A stretch of 64,000 bases of DNA from Chiloscyllium plagiosum (lineage: Eukaryota), in contig NC_057718.1 in assembly GCF_004010195.1 (NCBI RefSeq), forward strand, positions 7,011,579 to 7,075,578, in the 5' to 3' direction. Below, piece by piece: positions 1 to 13,467 of this stretch. Both the position numbers and the translations under genes were made by a program. Within the stretch, counting starts at the first letter, position 1, and every line of letters begins with the position of its first letter. The notes under the pieces are model-generated. The model was not told the DNA's origin and did not search any database. It saw only the letters and a list, made by a program, of their open reading frames with translations.

Positions 1-67
1 GCTCCACTTGAGAAATGAGATTGTTCTAAAGAAGTGTTCAGGGAGAGCTACAGGTAGGGAGATGGAT

Positions 68-820
68 AGGTGTCAATGTTACAGATGTGTCACTGTATAG
101 GTGTGTCAGTGTATAGGTGTGTCAGTGTGACAGGTGTGTCAGTGTATAGATGTGTCAGTGTATAGATGTGACAAGTGTGTCAGTGTGACAAGTGTTTCAG
201 TGTGACAGGTGTGTCTGTATGCAAATGTATCAGTGTGACAGTCATGCTGATGTACAGGTGTATTAGTGTACAGGTGTGTCCGAATGACAGCTGTGTCAGT
301 GTAGAAGTGTTATTAGTTTAGATATGTGTTACAGGTGTGTTAGTGTGGCAGGTGTGTCAATGTACAGATGTGTCAGTGTGACAGGTGTAGCAGTGTACAG
401 GTGTGACAGTTGTGTGGGTGTACAGTTGTGGGGGTGTACAGGTGTGTTAGTGTGACAGGTGTGTGGATGTACAGGTATGTCAGTGTGACAGGTGTAGCAG
501 TGTACAGGTGTGACAGTTGTGTGGGTGTACAGTTGTGTGGGTGTACAGCTGTATGGGTATACAGTTATGTGTCAGTATGACGGGTGTGTTAGTGTGACAG
601 GTGTGTCAATGTACAGATGTGTCAGTGTGCAGGTGTCAATGTACAGATGTGTCAGTGTGACAGGTGTAGCAGTGTGCAGCTGTGTCAGTTTAGATATGTG
701 TTGGTGTACAGGTGTGACAGTTGCATCAGTGTACAGTTGTGTGGGGGTACAGAAGTATCGGTGTAAGGGTGTGTCACTGTACAGCTTAGTAAGTGGCTGT
801 TGGGGTGTGTGTATCATTGT
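68..820. repeat. Degenerate GT-rich minisatellite (~16-bp unit TGTCAGTGTACAGGTG)
   Basis: Recurrent gtgtcagtgt(a/g)(c/t)agg units across ~750 bp. Confidence 0.9.
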
Positions 821-1399
821 TACGATGGATCTATAACTCTTTATATAGCAAGGCAGATGGGGATGGGGGTCAGTGCAGGTTAGCGGTCTGTGGCTTGGCA
901 TCTGCACAATGTTTCAACAGGGAAGCTATGATATCCCGTTTGAAATGATGTGATGCAGCCATTTCGTTGCTGGAAAGTCATGTTATTTTCATCAAGCTTT
1001 TAGTCAGAGAGCCAGTCAAAGTTCATTCGATCAGATTAAGTGCTGTGGAACATTTGCATCAATAAACAGATTTCATTTCCAACCCATAAATGGGATTTTA
1101 TCTGTTAGTTTACTTTAGACTGGATTCTCTATTAAATAATCTGGCTCTCTCTAAGCTCCCTCCCTTCTGTGCGCATCTGAGTGAGTTTGACAAAATAATT
1201 AGTGCTGCAGAAATACTCTGCATGCATGAATATCTCGAACATTTCACTTTGCAAGGGAAATTTATGTTTTTACCTGACCTTTGGGAGTACAGCGCTGGTG
1301 CCTAGGAGTATCTCTGTTTGCTAGCTTAGGTCTAATGTTCCAGAACTTACTGTTAAGTCAGTAACTGACGTTAGGTAAGACACTGTGTTTCTATAGGAA

Positions 1400-1905
1400 G
1401 CTTTGCTTTTTTTATTGCAAAAGTATGCTTTTATTCATTAAAAAAATTGTAAGTATGCATTAAAAGGTTCTCCTTCTGCTCTGTGCAATCTTTCCAATGA
1501 TACATTGGAATTTCACATCACACAGAGCTGCCATGCAATTGCAAATAACAAGGGCATCTTTAACTCACGCAGGAAGAAAATGTTTGCATTTCATGGCAGG
1601 CAAACAGAGCCCTGTTTTACTTTGGCAGAAAGACCTTAGGCAGTGGGCAACATCTCTGTCTCAGGCTGGCTGCAGTGCTCCAGTGAAGCTCACCACAAGC
1701 TGGAAGGACAACACTTCATTTTCCACGTGGGGACTCTGCAGCCCTCCGGACTTAATACTGAGTTCAATAATTTTCGGGTTTGAGGCACCCTCTCCCATGT
1801 CCTTAACCCAACCCCCACACACCAGGTCTGATCATCACATAGGCTGCTCCCATATCCAACTCATTGCCAGCATCTCACAGTCCCCATTAGCAGTGATTCA
1901 TTGTC
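1400..1905 (-). mobile_element. Possible Tx1/L1-clade retrotransposon 3' end
   Basis: T tract and two tttatt at 1405-1435 (poly(A) tail and signals on minus). Family assignment is tentative. Confidence 0.4.
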
Positions 1906-3594
1906 CTAGAAATTAAGGGCTATGGGGCGAGTGCAGGGTAAGCAGAATTGAAAAACCCATCAGCCATGGATAAATGGTGGAGTGGACTTAATGGGCCAAA
2001 TGGCCTTGCTTCCACTCCTATGTCTTATGGTCTTACAGTCCTAGGCTGATCCTTGCCTATTCCTTTGTCTGTCCAACTCTCTCTCTGGGCTCTAACCCCA
2101 CCCATCGTTTACTCCTCCTCCCCACCCTCACCCCATAAATACCAACCATCTCCCTGAGCTACCATCAGTTCTGAGAAAGGACTACTAGACCCGAAATGTT
2201 AACTCTGCTTTTTCTCCGCAGATGCTGCCAGATACGTTGAGATTTTCCAGCGGTTTCTGTCTTTGTTCCTTAGACGTTGGTCTTGGCATCACGTTGGCCA
2301 GATGTCCCAGAATGCTTTAGAGTTTGCATTCTTTTTTTCAGGTCTTTATGGAACTGCAGGGCATCCCAATGTGTGTAGCCGCTTTTGGAGAGTGGTGACC
2401 ATTGTAGCAAATACAAGTGTCAGTTTGTGCACAGAAAACCCACACTAAAGATAACAACATGGTCATGACCCCATCATTACTTTTAGGTATTTGATATTTT
2501 GGGTTTCGAAGGCGCTGCCTGAGGATCTTTGGTGAATTTCTGCAGTGTGTCTTGTAGATAGTACACACTGCTGTTACTGAGTGTCAGTGGTGGGGGGAGT
2601 GGGCGTTTATGGATGTGGTGCCAATCAAGCTTAAAATTGAGGGGTGATAGATATAGGACAGATATAGTCAGAGAGTAGTAAGGGTGTGGAACGCACTGCC
2701 TGCAAAAGTAGTAGACTCGCCAATTTTAAGATCATTTAAATGGTCATTGGATAAACATATGGATGATAATGGAATAGTGTAGGTTAGATGCACGTTAGAT
2801 TGGTTTCACAGGTCGGCGTGACATTGAGTGCCAAAGGGCCAGTACTGTGCTTAAATGTTCTATGTTCTAAGGAGACCAAAACTAGACACAATATTCCAGG
2901 TGTGAAATTACCAAGGCTCTGTACAGTTGCAGCAAGACATCCCTGACCCTGTACAAAAAGACACAACATCCAGGAAACGATACAGTGGCCTAGATTCCAG
3001 ATCTGAAAGCATCTTTAGTCAGTCTAAGCCTCCTCCATCTGCCCAGACCCCGTGGCATATGGAACATCTTCCCACTCCAGGGGGCACTGGTTCTTGGGCC
3101 AGAATGAGCCACAATTAATTCCAACTCCACACAAGCGAGGAGCCCCAGGGAACTGTAATCATTTCAAGTGAATCGAGAAAGGAGCTGATCCCGCACTGTT
3201 CCCAGACGGTCTGGAATCCACATCTGTTTGGACTTAGGAAGGAGTGTAGATATGAGTACTCTCTGATCTCACTATGCCTCTGCAGTTCCACCTGGTACGA
3301 AGAGATTAAGTAAAGCGGCTGTATGTGGTCTTACTGTATAAATGTCTTCCCTTTATTCTGAGGCTTAGTGGGCGGCACGGTGGCACAGTGGTTAGCACTG
3401 CTGCCTCACAGCGCCTGAGACCCGGGTTCAATTCCCGCCTCAGGCGACTGACTGTATGAGTACTCTCTGATCTCACTCTGCCTCTGCAGTTCCACCTGGT
3501 ACGAAGAGATTAAGTAAAGCGGCTGTATGTGGTCTGACTGTATAAATGTTGGTGACGAAACAAAGATCAATGGATCCATCCAACCTACCCCAAC

Positions 3595-4033
3595 CCATAA
3601 GACCATAAGATATAGGGGCAGAAGTTAGGCCATTCAGCCCATCACGTCTGCTCTGTCACTCAATCATGGCTGATAAGTTTCTCAACCCCATTCTCCTGCT
3701 TTCTCCCTGTAACTCTTGATCCCCTTGACACTGAAGAACCTATCCATCTCAGACTTAAATATATTCAATGACCTGGCCTCCACAGCCTTCTGTGGCAATG
3801 AATTCCACAGATTCACCCCTCTCTGGACGAAGCTCCTCCTAACCTCCATTCCAAAGTGTCTTCCCTTTATTCTGAGGCTATGCCCTTGGGTTTTAGTCTC
3901 TCTTGCCAAATGGAAACATCTTCTCACCATCTATTCTGTCCAGGCCATTCAGCATTCTGTAAGTTTCAATTAAATCCCCCCCCCCCCCCCCTCGTCCTTC
4001 TAAACTCCATTGCGTATAGACCCAGAGTCCTCA
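3595..4033 (-). mobile_element. CR1 3' fragment
   Basis: QRGVNLWNSLP peptide; cataagac tail repeats. Confidence 0.85.
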
Positions 4034-5426
4034 TGATAACTCGGGCATTGTACCAGATCCTCACCCCTACACCTTCCAGTACATATTGCCCTCACCCCAC
4101 ACTACCTCCTTCAAGAGTAAAATGCTTCAGAAGCGACCAAAACACAACTTCCCCAAAAATCCTCTCCAGATCCCTCAGACAATTGAAACTTGTCCAGGAG
4201 ATGTCATGCGTGAAAGGTAATCTGGAAAGATGTTTACCTGCTGTAGGAAGGTGAATCTCCTGGAGTAATCCATATCCAAATGCAGCAAGGTCTGGACAAC
4301 ATCCGGACTTGGGGTGACCACTCCTGAAGATATTGTGGCAAACAGCTGCCAAGCAATGACTATCTCCAACAAGAGAGTCTAACCAACGGCCATTGATATT
4401 TGATGGCCAAACCATCACTGAATTCCCCCACCATCAACCTCCTAGGGATGACCATCGACCAGAAGCCAGTCATAGAGATATGACAACAATAACCCATCCC
4501 TAATTGCCCAGGGGGCAGTTAAGAGCCAACCACATTGCTGTGGGTCTGGAGTCACATGTAGGCCAGACCAGGTCAGGATGGCAGTTTCCTTCCCTAAAGG
4601 GGATTAGTGAACCAGGTGGGTTTTTTTCCTGGCAATTGAATCACGATCATCATTAAAGCTTTAATTCAGAATTTTCTTTAAAATTGAATTTAAATTCCAT
4701 CATCTGCCATGGCATGATTCAAATCCAGATCCCCAGAACATTACTTCAGTCTCTGAATTAACAAATCCACAAATAATACAACTAGACCATCAACTCCCCT
4801 CCTGCCTCCCCAAAGCCTGTCCAGCATAGTATCCACGTGGAATTTGGTGGCATGTTCTCCACCTATTCAAGGGGATTGACAAATTAGATGTAGACAGGAT
4901 CTGTCCTAATGTTGTGTGATCTAAAACGAGAGGACACAGTTTTAGGATAAGGGATATCAGATTTAAAACCAAGATGAGGAGGAATTTTGTTACCCCAGAA
5001 TGTAATGGACACTGACTAAATTTAAGAAGGTGATAGATTTTTAACGAGTAATGCGTTGAAGGGGCGGGAGAGTGGGCAAGAAAGTGGAGTTGAGGCCAAG
5101 GTGAGATCAGCATGATAGCACCAAAAGGCAGAGAAGGGGCTGAAAGGCCTACTCCTGTTCCCAGTTCTTATGTTCTCAGAGTTGCCTCCCAAGTAACTGC
5201 ACAAAGATAGGAGTTGTTCTGATCGCCGTGGAAACAGAGCTGAATAAAATGATAGCACAAATGGGTAATAACTCCATCCACCCTCCTCACATCGGGCCTA
5301 GAAAACAGCATTTCCCACAGCCTAGCTGATTGGAACAAGACTAACAATCAGGACGTTTGGGAATGGTGGAACCAAAGTTACAAAACAAGGATAAAGGCTT
5401 ATTTTGTCAGATAAGACTTTTAATTT

Positions 5427-6466
5427 TTCAAATGATTTGGATGCAAGCATAAGAGGTACAGTTAGCAAGTTTGCAGATGACACCAAAATTGGAGGTGTAG
5501 TGGATTGCGAAAAGGGTTAGCTCAGATTACAACAGGATCTGGATCAGATGGGCCAATGGGCTGAGAAGTGGCAGAATGGAGTTTAATTCAGATAAATGCG
5601 AGGTGCTGCATTTAGGAGCGTCCTGATGAAGGAGCGTCGCTCCGAAATCTAGTGTGCTTCCAATTAAACCTGTTGGACTATAACCTGGTGTTGTGTGATT
5701 TTTAACTTAGCAGGACTTATACACTTAATGGTAAGGTCCTAGGGAGTGTTGCTGAACAAAGAGACCTTGGAGTGCAGGTTCATAGCTCCTTGAAAGTGGA
5801 GTCGCAGGTAGATAGGATAGTGAAGACGGTGTTTGGTACGCTTTCCTTTATTGGTCAGAGCATTGAGAACAGGAGTTGGGAGGTCATGTTGCGGCTGCAC
5901 AGGACATTGGTTAGGCCACTGTTGGAATATTGCGTGCAATTCTGGTTTCCTTCCTATTGGAAAGATGTTGTGAAACTTGAAAGGGTTCAGAAAAGATTTA
6001 CAAGGATGTTGCCAGGGTTGGAGGATCTGAGCTACAGGAAGAGGCTGAACAGGCTGGGGGCTGTTTTCCCTGAAGCGTCGGAACCTTATAGAGGTTTACA
6101 AAATTATGAGGGGCATGGATAGGATAAATAGGCAAAGTCTTTTCCCTGGGTTCGGGGAGTCCACAACTAGAGGACATAGGTTTAGGGTGAGAGTGGAAAG
6201 ATATAATAGAGACCTAAGGGGCAACTTTTTCACGCAGAGGGTGGTATTTGTATGGAATGAGCTATCAGAGGAAGTGGTGGAGGCTGGTACAATTGCAACA
6301 TTTAAGAGGCATTTGGATGGGTATATGAATAGGAAGGGTTTAGAGGGGTATGGGCCGGGTGCTGGCAGGTGGGACTAGATTGGGTTGGGATATCTGGTCG
6401 GCATGGAAGGGTTGGACCGAAGGGTCTGTTTCCATGCTGTACATCTCTATGACTCTATGACTCTAA
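5427..6466 (+). mobile_element. CR1/HER1 LINE 3' fragment
   Basis: KFADDTK, LVRPLLEYCVQFW, RGNFFTQRVV; tail ctctatga repeats. Confidence 0.93.
5621..5708 (+). mobile_element. Single arm of the 30915-31361 family inserted in a CR1; hammerhead with mutated palindrome
   Basis: CTGATGA-A-GGAGC/GTC/GCTCC-GAAATCTA followed by a tail nearly identical to 31309-31362. Confidence 0.8.
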
Positions 6467-6532
6467 GTCTGTGATAGCAATTGCCAAATGTGGTTGAAAC
6501 AAAAGAATTCACGGTGGGGGAATGATGGCTCA

Positions 6533-6870
6533 GGGCGGCACGGTGGCTCAGTGGTTAGCACTGCTGCCTCACAGCGCTAGGGACCCGGGTTCGATTCTGT
6601 CCTCATAGTGACTGTGTGTGTAGAGTTTGCACATTCTCCCCTTGTCTGTGTGGGTTTCCTCTGGCTGCTCATGTTTCCCCGGCAGTCCAAACATTTGCAG
6701 TTTAGGGTGGATTGGCAATGCTGAGTTGTCCCATAGTGTTTGGGGATATGCAGGCTGTGTGGGTTAGCCAGTGTTATGGGGATGGGGTGCGTCTGGAAGG
6801 GACGCTGTTTGGAGAGTCAGTATAGACTTGATGGACCAAATAGTCTGCTTCCACACTGTAGCGATTCTAT
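6533..6870 (+). mobile_element. HE1-type V-SINE; other copies at 3370-3454(+, head only), 7466-7746(+), 19375-19583(+), 19593-19850(-), 32521-32873(+), 33074-33413(+), 40045-40350(-), 43917-44277(-), 50026-50546(-), 59691-60010(+), 63236-63582(+)
   Basis: Shared ggcacggtggc(t/a)cagtggttagcactgctgcctcacag head and gagtttgcacattctcccc...gggtttcctcc body. Confidence 0.9.
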
Positions 6871-7392
6871 AAAAATGAATGAGAACGATAGATCATTTAT
6901 AACAGAACTAGGCAAGGTAAATACAGGAAGAAACAGGAACAGCTGGAGAAACTCAGCAGATCTGGCAGTATCCGTGGAGAGAAAGCAGACTTAATGTTTC
7001 AATGGTGGAGATGGATACAATGACAAGATTTAAAAGGCGTTTGGATGGGTATATGAAGAGGAAGTGTTTAGAGCGCTATGGGCCAATTCTTGCAGAGTAA
7101 TCTTTCTGGCTGTATATTTAATAGAGTCCATTGTCTATTAGTGAGGGTGCTGTGTCAACTTATTTATTGTTTTGTACAGAATACAGCCATTTTCCACGTT
7201 GTGGAAATTCATTGGAAGAAAAGACTGGATTTCAAAAACAGACAGTGTTCATCTTCCTAATGTATAATTAGCCTGACCTTAAGAAGGAAATATGAATTTG
7301 ATAAGCATATATAGTATGGAGCTGTTAAATAATGGAATGATATTGGGGACTAAATATTATATCTGGTTCATTGGACATTTATTGTGGAGCAA

Positions 7393-7411
7393 TACTGCTC
7401 CCTAGTGGTAA
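7393..7411 (-). promoter_or_regulatory. CTCF-like motif TTACCACTAGGGAGCAGTA
   Basis: Close match to the vertebrate CTCF core; lies in non-repeat DNA. Confidence 0.5.
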
Positions 7412-8544
7412 ATGGCCATAACTAGAGGAAAGAGATATGAAAGAACTGTGGGTGTTGGAAGTTACGGCACGGTGGCACAGTGGTTAGTACTGCTGCCTCA
7501 CAGCACCAGAGACCTAGATTCAATTCCTGCCTCAGGCAACTGACTGTGTGGAGTTTGCACATTCTCCCCATGCCTGTGTGGGTTTGCTCCGGTTTCCTCC
7601 CACAGTCCGAAGATGTGCAGGCCGGGTGAATTGGCCATGCTAATTTGCCCGTAGTGTTAGGTGTAGGGGTATGGGTGGGTTGCACTTTGGTGGGTCGGTG
7701 TGGATTTGTTGGGCCGAATGGTCTGTTTCCACACTGTAGGGCATCTAAAGAACTGGTAGTATCTGTGTGAGCAGTCAGAGTTAATGCTTTGGGTTCCTCA
7801 GAACTGGAAAGGGTTATATTTAGCTACCCGTAGACTTGATTATTTTAATGCAAACTTGGCTGCCTCCCACCTCACACCTTACATTAACCTGAACTCATCC
7901 AAAATTTTGTTTTCTGTACGCGCTGTGGCATCGAGTCGTTCACTTACTTCTTATTAAATTATACCAGCTGCCTGTTCAGTTAAGCATCAGTTTTAACATT
8001 CTCATTTTTGAATTCCATTATTTCACTCCTCCTGATCTCTATAACCTGCACCAGCCCTCCAACCCTCTGAGATCTCCGTGCTGTATGAATTTTGGCCTTC
8101 CAGAACAACTGTTGCACCATTAGTTGTTATGTAACCAGCAGTCTGAATTCCTTCCTGGAGCTTCCCTCTTAAAGGCAATCCTTAAAACTTACCTCAAAGC
8201 CGCTTACATGGTCCCATGTTGAATTTTAGCTCATAGCAAATCACACATTTATCTTGGAACATTTCACCACACTACGATACCATTCCTATGCAAGTTGTTG
8301 CTATCATTACTGTAATTCTTACAACATCTCCAGATTACTTCCAGTATTTTTCTATTAATGCACTGATCACCTAAGAACATGAGAAATAAGGGAATTAACT
8401 CTTGGTTTTCCAAATCCTGTCCCTTCCACAGGCCATGGTTACTCAGGTCTATCATGGAGTCTGCCATAAGTCTTCTGCCCCCTGCTGGAAGGTTCTATTA
8501 CACGTATCTCTGCTCCAAAGTCTGGACCAAAGAAGCTTATCACA

Positions 8545-9165
8545 GAGTCATGGAGATGTACAGCACAGAAACAAACCCTTCAGTACAACTCTTCCACGCC
8601 GACTGGATATCCAAAATTAATTTAGTCCCATTTGCCAGCATTTGGCCCATATCCCTCTAAACCCTTCCTATTCATATACCCATTCAGATGCCTTTTAAAT
8701 GTTGTCATTGTACCAGCCTCCACCACTTCCTCTGGCAGCTTATTCCACACATGCACCAGCCTCTGTGTAAAACAGGTGCCCCTAAGGTCCCTTTTCAGTC
8801 TTTGCCATCTCACCTTAAACCTATGGCATCTAGTTCTGGACTCCCCTATGCTGGGGAACAATTCGTGGTTATTTACCCTCTCCATGCCCCTCATGATTCT
8901 ATAAACCTCTAAAAGGTCACCCCTCAGCCTCCAACGCTCCAGGGAAAGTAGCCTATGGCTCTATTTCAAACCATCGAATGCTGGTAACATCCTTGTAAAT
9001 ATTTTCTGAACCCTTTCTAGTCTCACAACATCTTTCTTATAGCAAGGATTATACGCAATATTCCAAAAGTGGCCTAACCAATGTCCTGTACAGCTGCAAC
9101 GTGACCTCCCAACTCCTATACTCAATGCACTGACCAATAAAGGCAAGCATACCAAATGCCTCCTT
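8545..9165 (-). mobile_element. CR1/HER1 3' fragment
   Basis: LYRTLVRPLLEYCV and FTQRLVHVWNKLP peptides. Confidence 0.9.
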
Positions 9166-10146
9166 CAGATTCTCAGTTCTGTTTACTTTTCTTTCAGTTG
9201 GGTAACTAAACCAAGGCATTATCTGTCCTCTCAATTGGACATTAAAAATTCCAAGACATTATTTTTAAAATCGTAGTGGTGTTCTCCTTGTGCCCTGGCT
9301 AATTCATTCCTTGAACCCCCCACGAACATACTAATCAATGATTCACAGTAGTGTTGTTTGTGTGAGTTTTCTGTGTGTAAATTGGTTGCTGCATCCTTTA
9401 CATTTACATAGTGATTATGACTTAAAAAGTCTTTCCTTGCTTTTAAGAGTGTCGGGAAATTGTGAGGATGTGCAAACTGTTAGTTAAATATAATTTCATG
9501 CTGATATACAATAGTTCCAATATTGCACATTCTGCACAAATTTGAATTATTTACCTGTCACTTTCACCATGGTAATACTTCAGTCAACTTGCCGACCAAT
9601 CAGCTAATATTTTCTCCTACAGTGTAAATTGCTGTGATTGAAATTTGGCATTCTTGCATTGGTCCTGATGAGTGCAGGTTGAAAAACTTTAGCAAAATGT
9701 CTCTCTTTCCAGTGGGATTCAATCTTTCTGGACTTATTCAAATACTGTGCTCCATTTTACTCCCTATGTGGAGAAAAACTAGTTGTGAGAGAGAGAGAGA
9801 GCGAGCAAGAGAGACTGAAACCAATAAAGGTCCAGTGATCTCTTGGTTCGACTAATGTAAGTTTGGTCATTTATTCTTCAAATGTTTTCTGCAGAAAAAC
9901 AGCTGTGACAATTGTGACTGTGCTCATGTAGCAATGGGAAAGCTCAATTACTTAAGAAAATAAATAAATTGCACTTGTCCTGGAACAAAGAGAGGGATAA
10001 TATTCTCTGAGGCAGGGTCAGAATTCACAAACTGAACTGCTGCCCTATTGGACACTGATGTATATCCCTGTCCCAGCCCTGACTATTCTCACAAGAGAAC
10101 ACAAGCCACAGGAGCAGGGGAAGGCTGTACACACCTTATTGACAGA

Positions 10147-10352
10147 GGTTGGTTAGCTCAGTTGGCTGGCCTGTGATTGAGAGTGACACCTAATTGAGTG
10201 GGTTCAATTCCTACCTCAGCTGAAGTTACAATGATGGAATCTCCTTCGCAATCTCTCTCCTTACCAGAGGCATGGTGACCCTCAGGTTAAAGCCTCTCCC
10301 GAGTTATCTCCCTCTAATGACAGATCAATTCTGACCCAAGAAAACTGTGGTG
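10147..10352 (+). mobile_element. Third tRNA-derived SINE family (copies at 20830-21030 and 25553-26190, the latter interrupted)
   Basis: A box tagctcagttgg, B box gggttcaattcc, shared gctgaggttaccatga body. Confidence 0.65.
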
Positions 10353-10689
10353 ACGTTATAGTTCAGACAGATTGGTTGATCTACTTTGAGTCCACTTTCT
10401 CACCCTGTCCCCAGATTCTTGGAATCTCTGAGTGTCCAGGTTCCTACGGATCTTGATCTTGATGAGAGCTCTTTGAGGTAAGACAGTTCAAAGGATTCAC
10501 AATCCATGAAAAAATTCGTCCTGACCTCAGTTCTCAACCCATTGGAGGGTTCTGTTGGCATACAGGCTTCCTCTAACCCACGCCCGGGGAAATGGATTCA
10601 AGGGGAGGCAGATTGCCCCCAGTTTCTCAAAGGCAACCTAGCAATGGACAATAAGCAATGGCCTTGTCCCTTATCCCAGTATTATCCAC

Positions 10690-11062
10690 ACAAAATCCTG
10701 ATGGGACTGGACAGGCCAGATGCAGGAAGAATGTTCCCGTTGCTGGGGAAGTCCAGAACTAAGGATCACAGTTGAATAATAAGGAGTAAGCCATTCAGGA
10801 CTGAGACGAGGAAGAATGTCTTCACTCAGAGAGATGTGAACCTGGGGCATTCTCTCCCACAGGAAGCTGTTGAGGCCGGTTCATTAGGTATATTCAAGAG
10901 GTCACTGGACATGGCCCTTGCAGCTAAAGGGATAAAGGGGTATGGGGAGAAAGTGGGAGTGGGATACCGAGATTGCATGATCAGCCATGATCATATTAGA
11001 TGGTGGTTCAGGCCCAAAGGGCCGAACGGCCTACTCCTGCACCTATTTTCAATGTTTCTATT
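10690..11062 (+). mobile_element. CR1 3' fragment
   Basis: CR1 ORF2 C-terminus and 3' UTR (gatcagccatgatc...ggcctactcctg). Confidence 0.8.
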
Positions 11063-11459
11063 CCAGGGTGGGGTAGCAGGTTTAGCAGGTGCGGCCTTCC
11101 TCTGACAAAGCTGGCAAGAGGGATAACTATTAGATGGAAGGTGAAAGGTGAGTTTAGCTTTCAGTGTCCCAAACCTTGCACAGGACACCAACAATTTGCA
11201 GGTCCCTGTGCTTGACCCTAACAACCCATTGTCCTGTCACAGCAAAAGAGGTAAACCTCAATGAAATGTCAGAATAGCATCATCAGTGAAATTGACACAG
11301 AGTTTCAATCCGATACAATAACTGTTCCTGTTCTCTTTTCAGGTGTTGCTAAGCTAGTTCTGCTGAAATATGTGGGGGAGGAAGGGCAATTCATTTCACG
11401 CTGTTACAATCCATAATGCACTGTCTCATTTTGGATGGAGATTCAGTAATAACTATGAA

Positions 11460-12385
11460 CTGTTTGTCATTTTTATAAATGACTTGGACACAGGCATAGG
11501 TGGATGGGTTAATAAGTTTGCAGATGACACTAAAGTCGGTGGAGTAATGGACAGTGTGGAAGAGTGTTACAGGTTGCAGGAGGACTTGGATAAACTGCAG
11601 AATTGGGCTGACAGGTGGCAAATGGAGTTCAATGCAGCTAAATGTGAGGTGATTCACTTTGGAAGGAATAACAGGAAGGCAGTGTACTGGGTCAATGGAA
11701 AGATTCTCAATAGTGTGGATGTGCAGAGGGATCTTGGAGTCCCTGAAAGTTGCCACCCAGGTGGATAGTGCTGTTAAGAAGGCATACAGCGTGTTATGTT
11801 TTATTGGTAGAGGGATTGAGTTCCGGAGACGTAATGTCATGCTGCAACTGTAGAAAACATTTGTGCAGCCACAGTTGGAATATTGTGTATGGCTCTGGTC
11901 ACTACATTACAGGAAGGATGTGGAAGCATTGGAAAAGATGCAGAGGAGATTTACCAGGATGTTGCCTGGTCTGGAGGGAAGGTCTTATGAGGGACTGAGG
12001 GACTTGGATCTGTTCTCATTGGAAAGAAGGCGGCTAAGAGGGGATTTGATAGAGACATACAAGATGATCAGAGGATTAGATAGGGTAGACAGTGGAAGTC
12101 TTTTTCCTAGGATGATGACGTCAGCTTGTACAAGGGGCCATAACTACAAATTGAGGGGTGATAGATTTAAGACAGATGTCAGTGGTAGGTTCTTTACTCA
12201 GAGAGAGGTAAGGGCGTGGAATGCCCATCCTGCCAATGTAGTTAGCTCAGCCACATTAGGGAGATTTAAACAAAACTTGGATAAGCACATGGATGATGAT
12301 GGGCTTAGATCAGTTCATAGGTTGGTGCAACATCAAGGGCCGAAGGGCCTGTTCTCTGCTGTAATGATGTACATTCTATGTTCTG
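11460..12385 (+). mobile_element. CR1 3' fragment, same subfamily as 27980-30612
   Basis: FINDLD...KFADDTK...WQMEFN; sequence close to 29640-30612. Confidence 0.93.
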
Positions 12386-12719
12386 TGAATATATATACAT
12401 GTGGCTATACACGTTGCAGGCCTTTTGGCAGACAGAGAAGGAGGGAGCATCGTGAATTGGGGATTCCTTTAACTAACAGGAGCTCCCTTTGTGTTATAAG
12501 GGTTTTATAATGTGTAACGCTGCAGAATTCTCTGTGCTTTATATCCCATCAATCAGGACACCCATCACTGTGGATAAACCTCATGTAAGTGTTCTCAGTG
12601 CTGTGTGTTAACCTGTCAGTATCACAGTACCCACTGTAAAGTATTAGAGTGTGTGACTCACCAAAAGCTTACATGTGAAGTTAAGATACTGCAGCCCCAT
12701 GAGCTGAAGAATAGAGATG

Positions 12720-12857
12720 TTATTAAAAGTGTCTCATTTCAATAATGTCTGTGGATGGTTTAATTCTACTGTGGTGATTTCTCAATGAAAAACTGCCAAG
12801 AACATAGGGGCAAAACTTGATTTTATTTTTACTTACGTTATAACATCAAGATTTATT
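12720..12857 (-). terminator. Candidate CD109 polyadenylation signals (three AATAAA)
   Basis: Plus-strand tttatt at 12720-12725, 12822-12827 and 12852-12857, 0.6-0.75 kb past the stop. Which one is used is unknown. Confidence 0.4.
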
Positions 12858-13467
12858 TTACAGCAGTATTAGCCAGACCTGATCCCTTTGCTGCACATAC
12901 ACGCATACACAAGTTAATTATGATTTGGTCTCAGCGGATTAAAAATTTTCTTTTACTTCTTTTGCGAATCAGTAGTTGCATGTGGAAAAACAAACACACA
13001 CACCCATACACAAAGCAAACGCAGGAAAGAGGCCAGAGGAGAAAGTTAGGGAACTTTATGCACTATGTGAATATTTGAAAGACGCCAGTTTCCGAACACA
13101 GCAAGCTGATAGATCCACAGTTTGTTCCAGTGAGTTTAGGAGGACCATAACTCAGTCAGCAGTTGTAAATTCAGGATAGTCTTGCTTACTGTGAAATCTG
13201 GAGAGGTTAAGTTCAATAGAGTATAAAGGTGGGATAAAAGTGGAGAAACATTCATGAAAAACGCATACCTTTTCACTGAACAAATCGACAAAAGGAGGAC
13301 GTTGAAGAAATCATGAACAGAGAGCTTGCAAAAAGCAGTTTGCTCAGTTCCGGTGGTTTCCAAGACAGCGTCAAACATGTCTCTGCCAGTCTTTCTGCAC
13401 TCCTCTCCCAATTAAAGCAATAATTATTTCACCAAGAGGAAATTTATATTCAATGATAGCTGTGTAA

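Noticed and set aside
510..907. Cys/Val-rich and Thr/His-rich ORFs
   Set aside because: Translations of the GT-rich minisatellite.
3370..3445. tRNA gene
   Set aside because: A and B boxes belong to an HE1 SINE head; no complete cloverleaf was evident.
821..12600. A second host gene downstream of CD109
   Set aside because: Isolated splice-like signals (e.g. near 11068, 11147, 11342) do not join into an open, recognisable peptide. Small or non-coding exons cannot be excluded.
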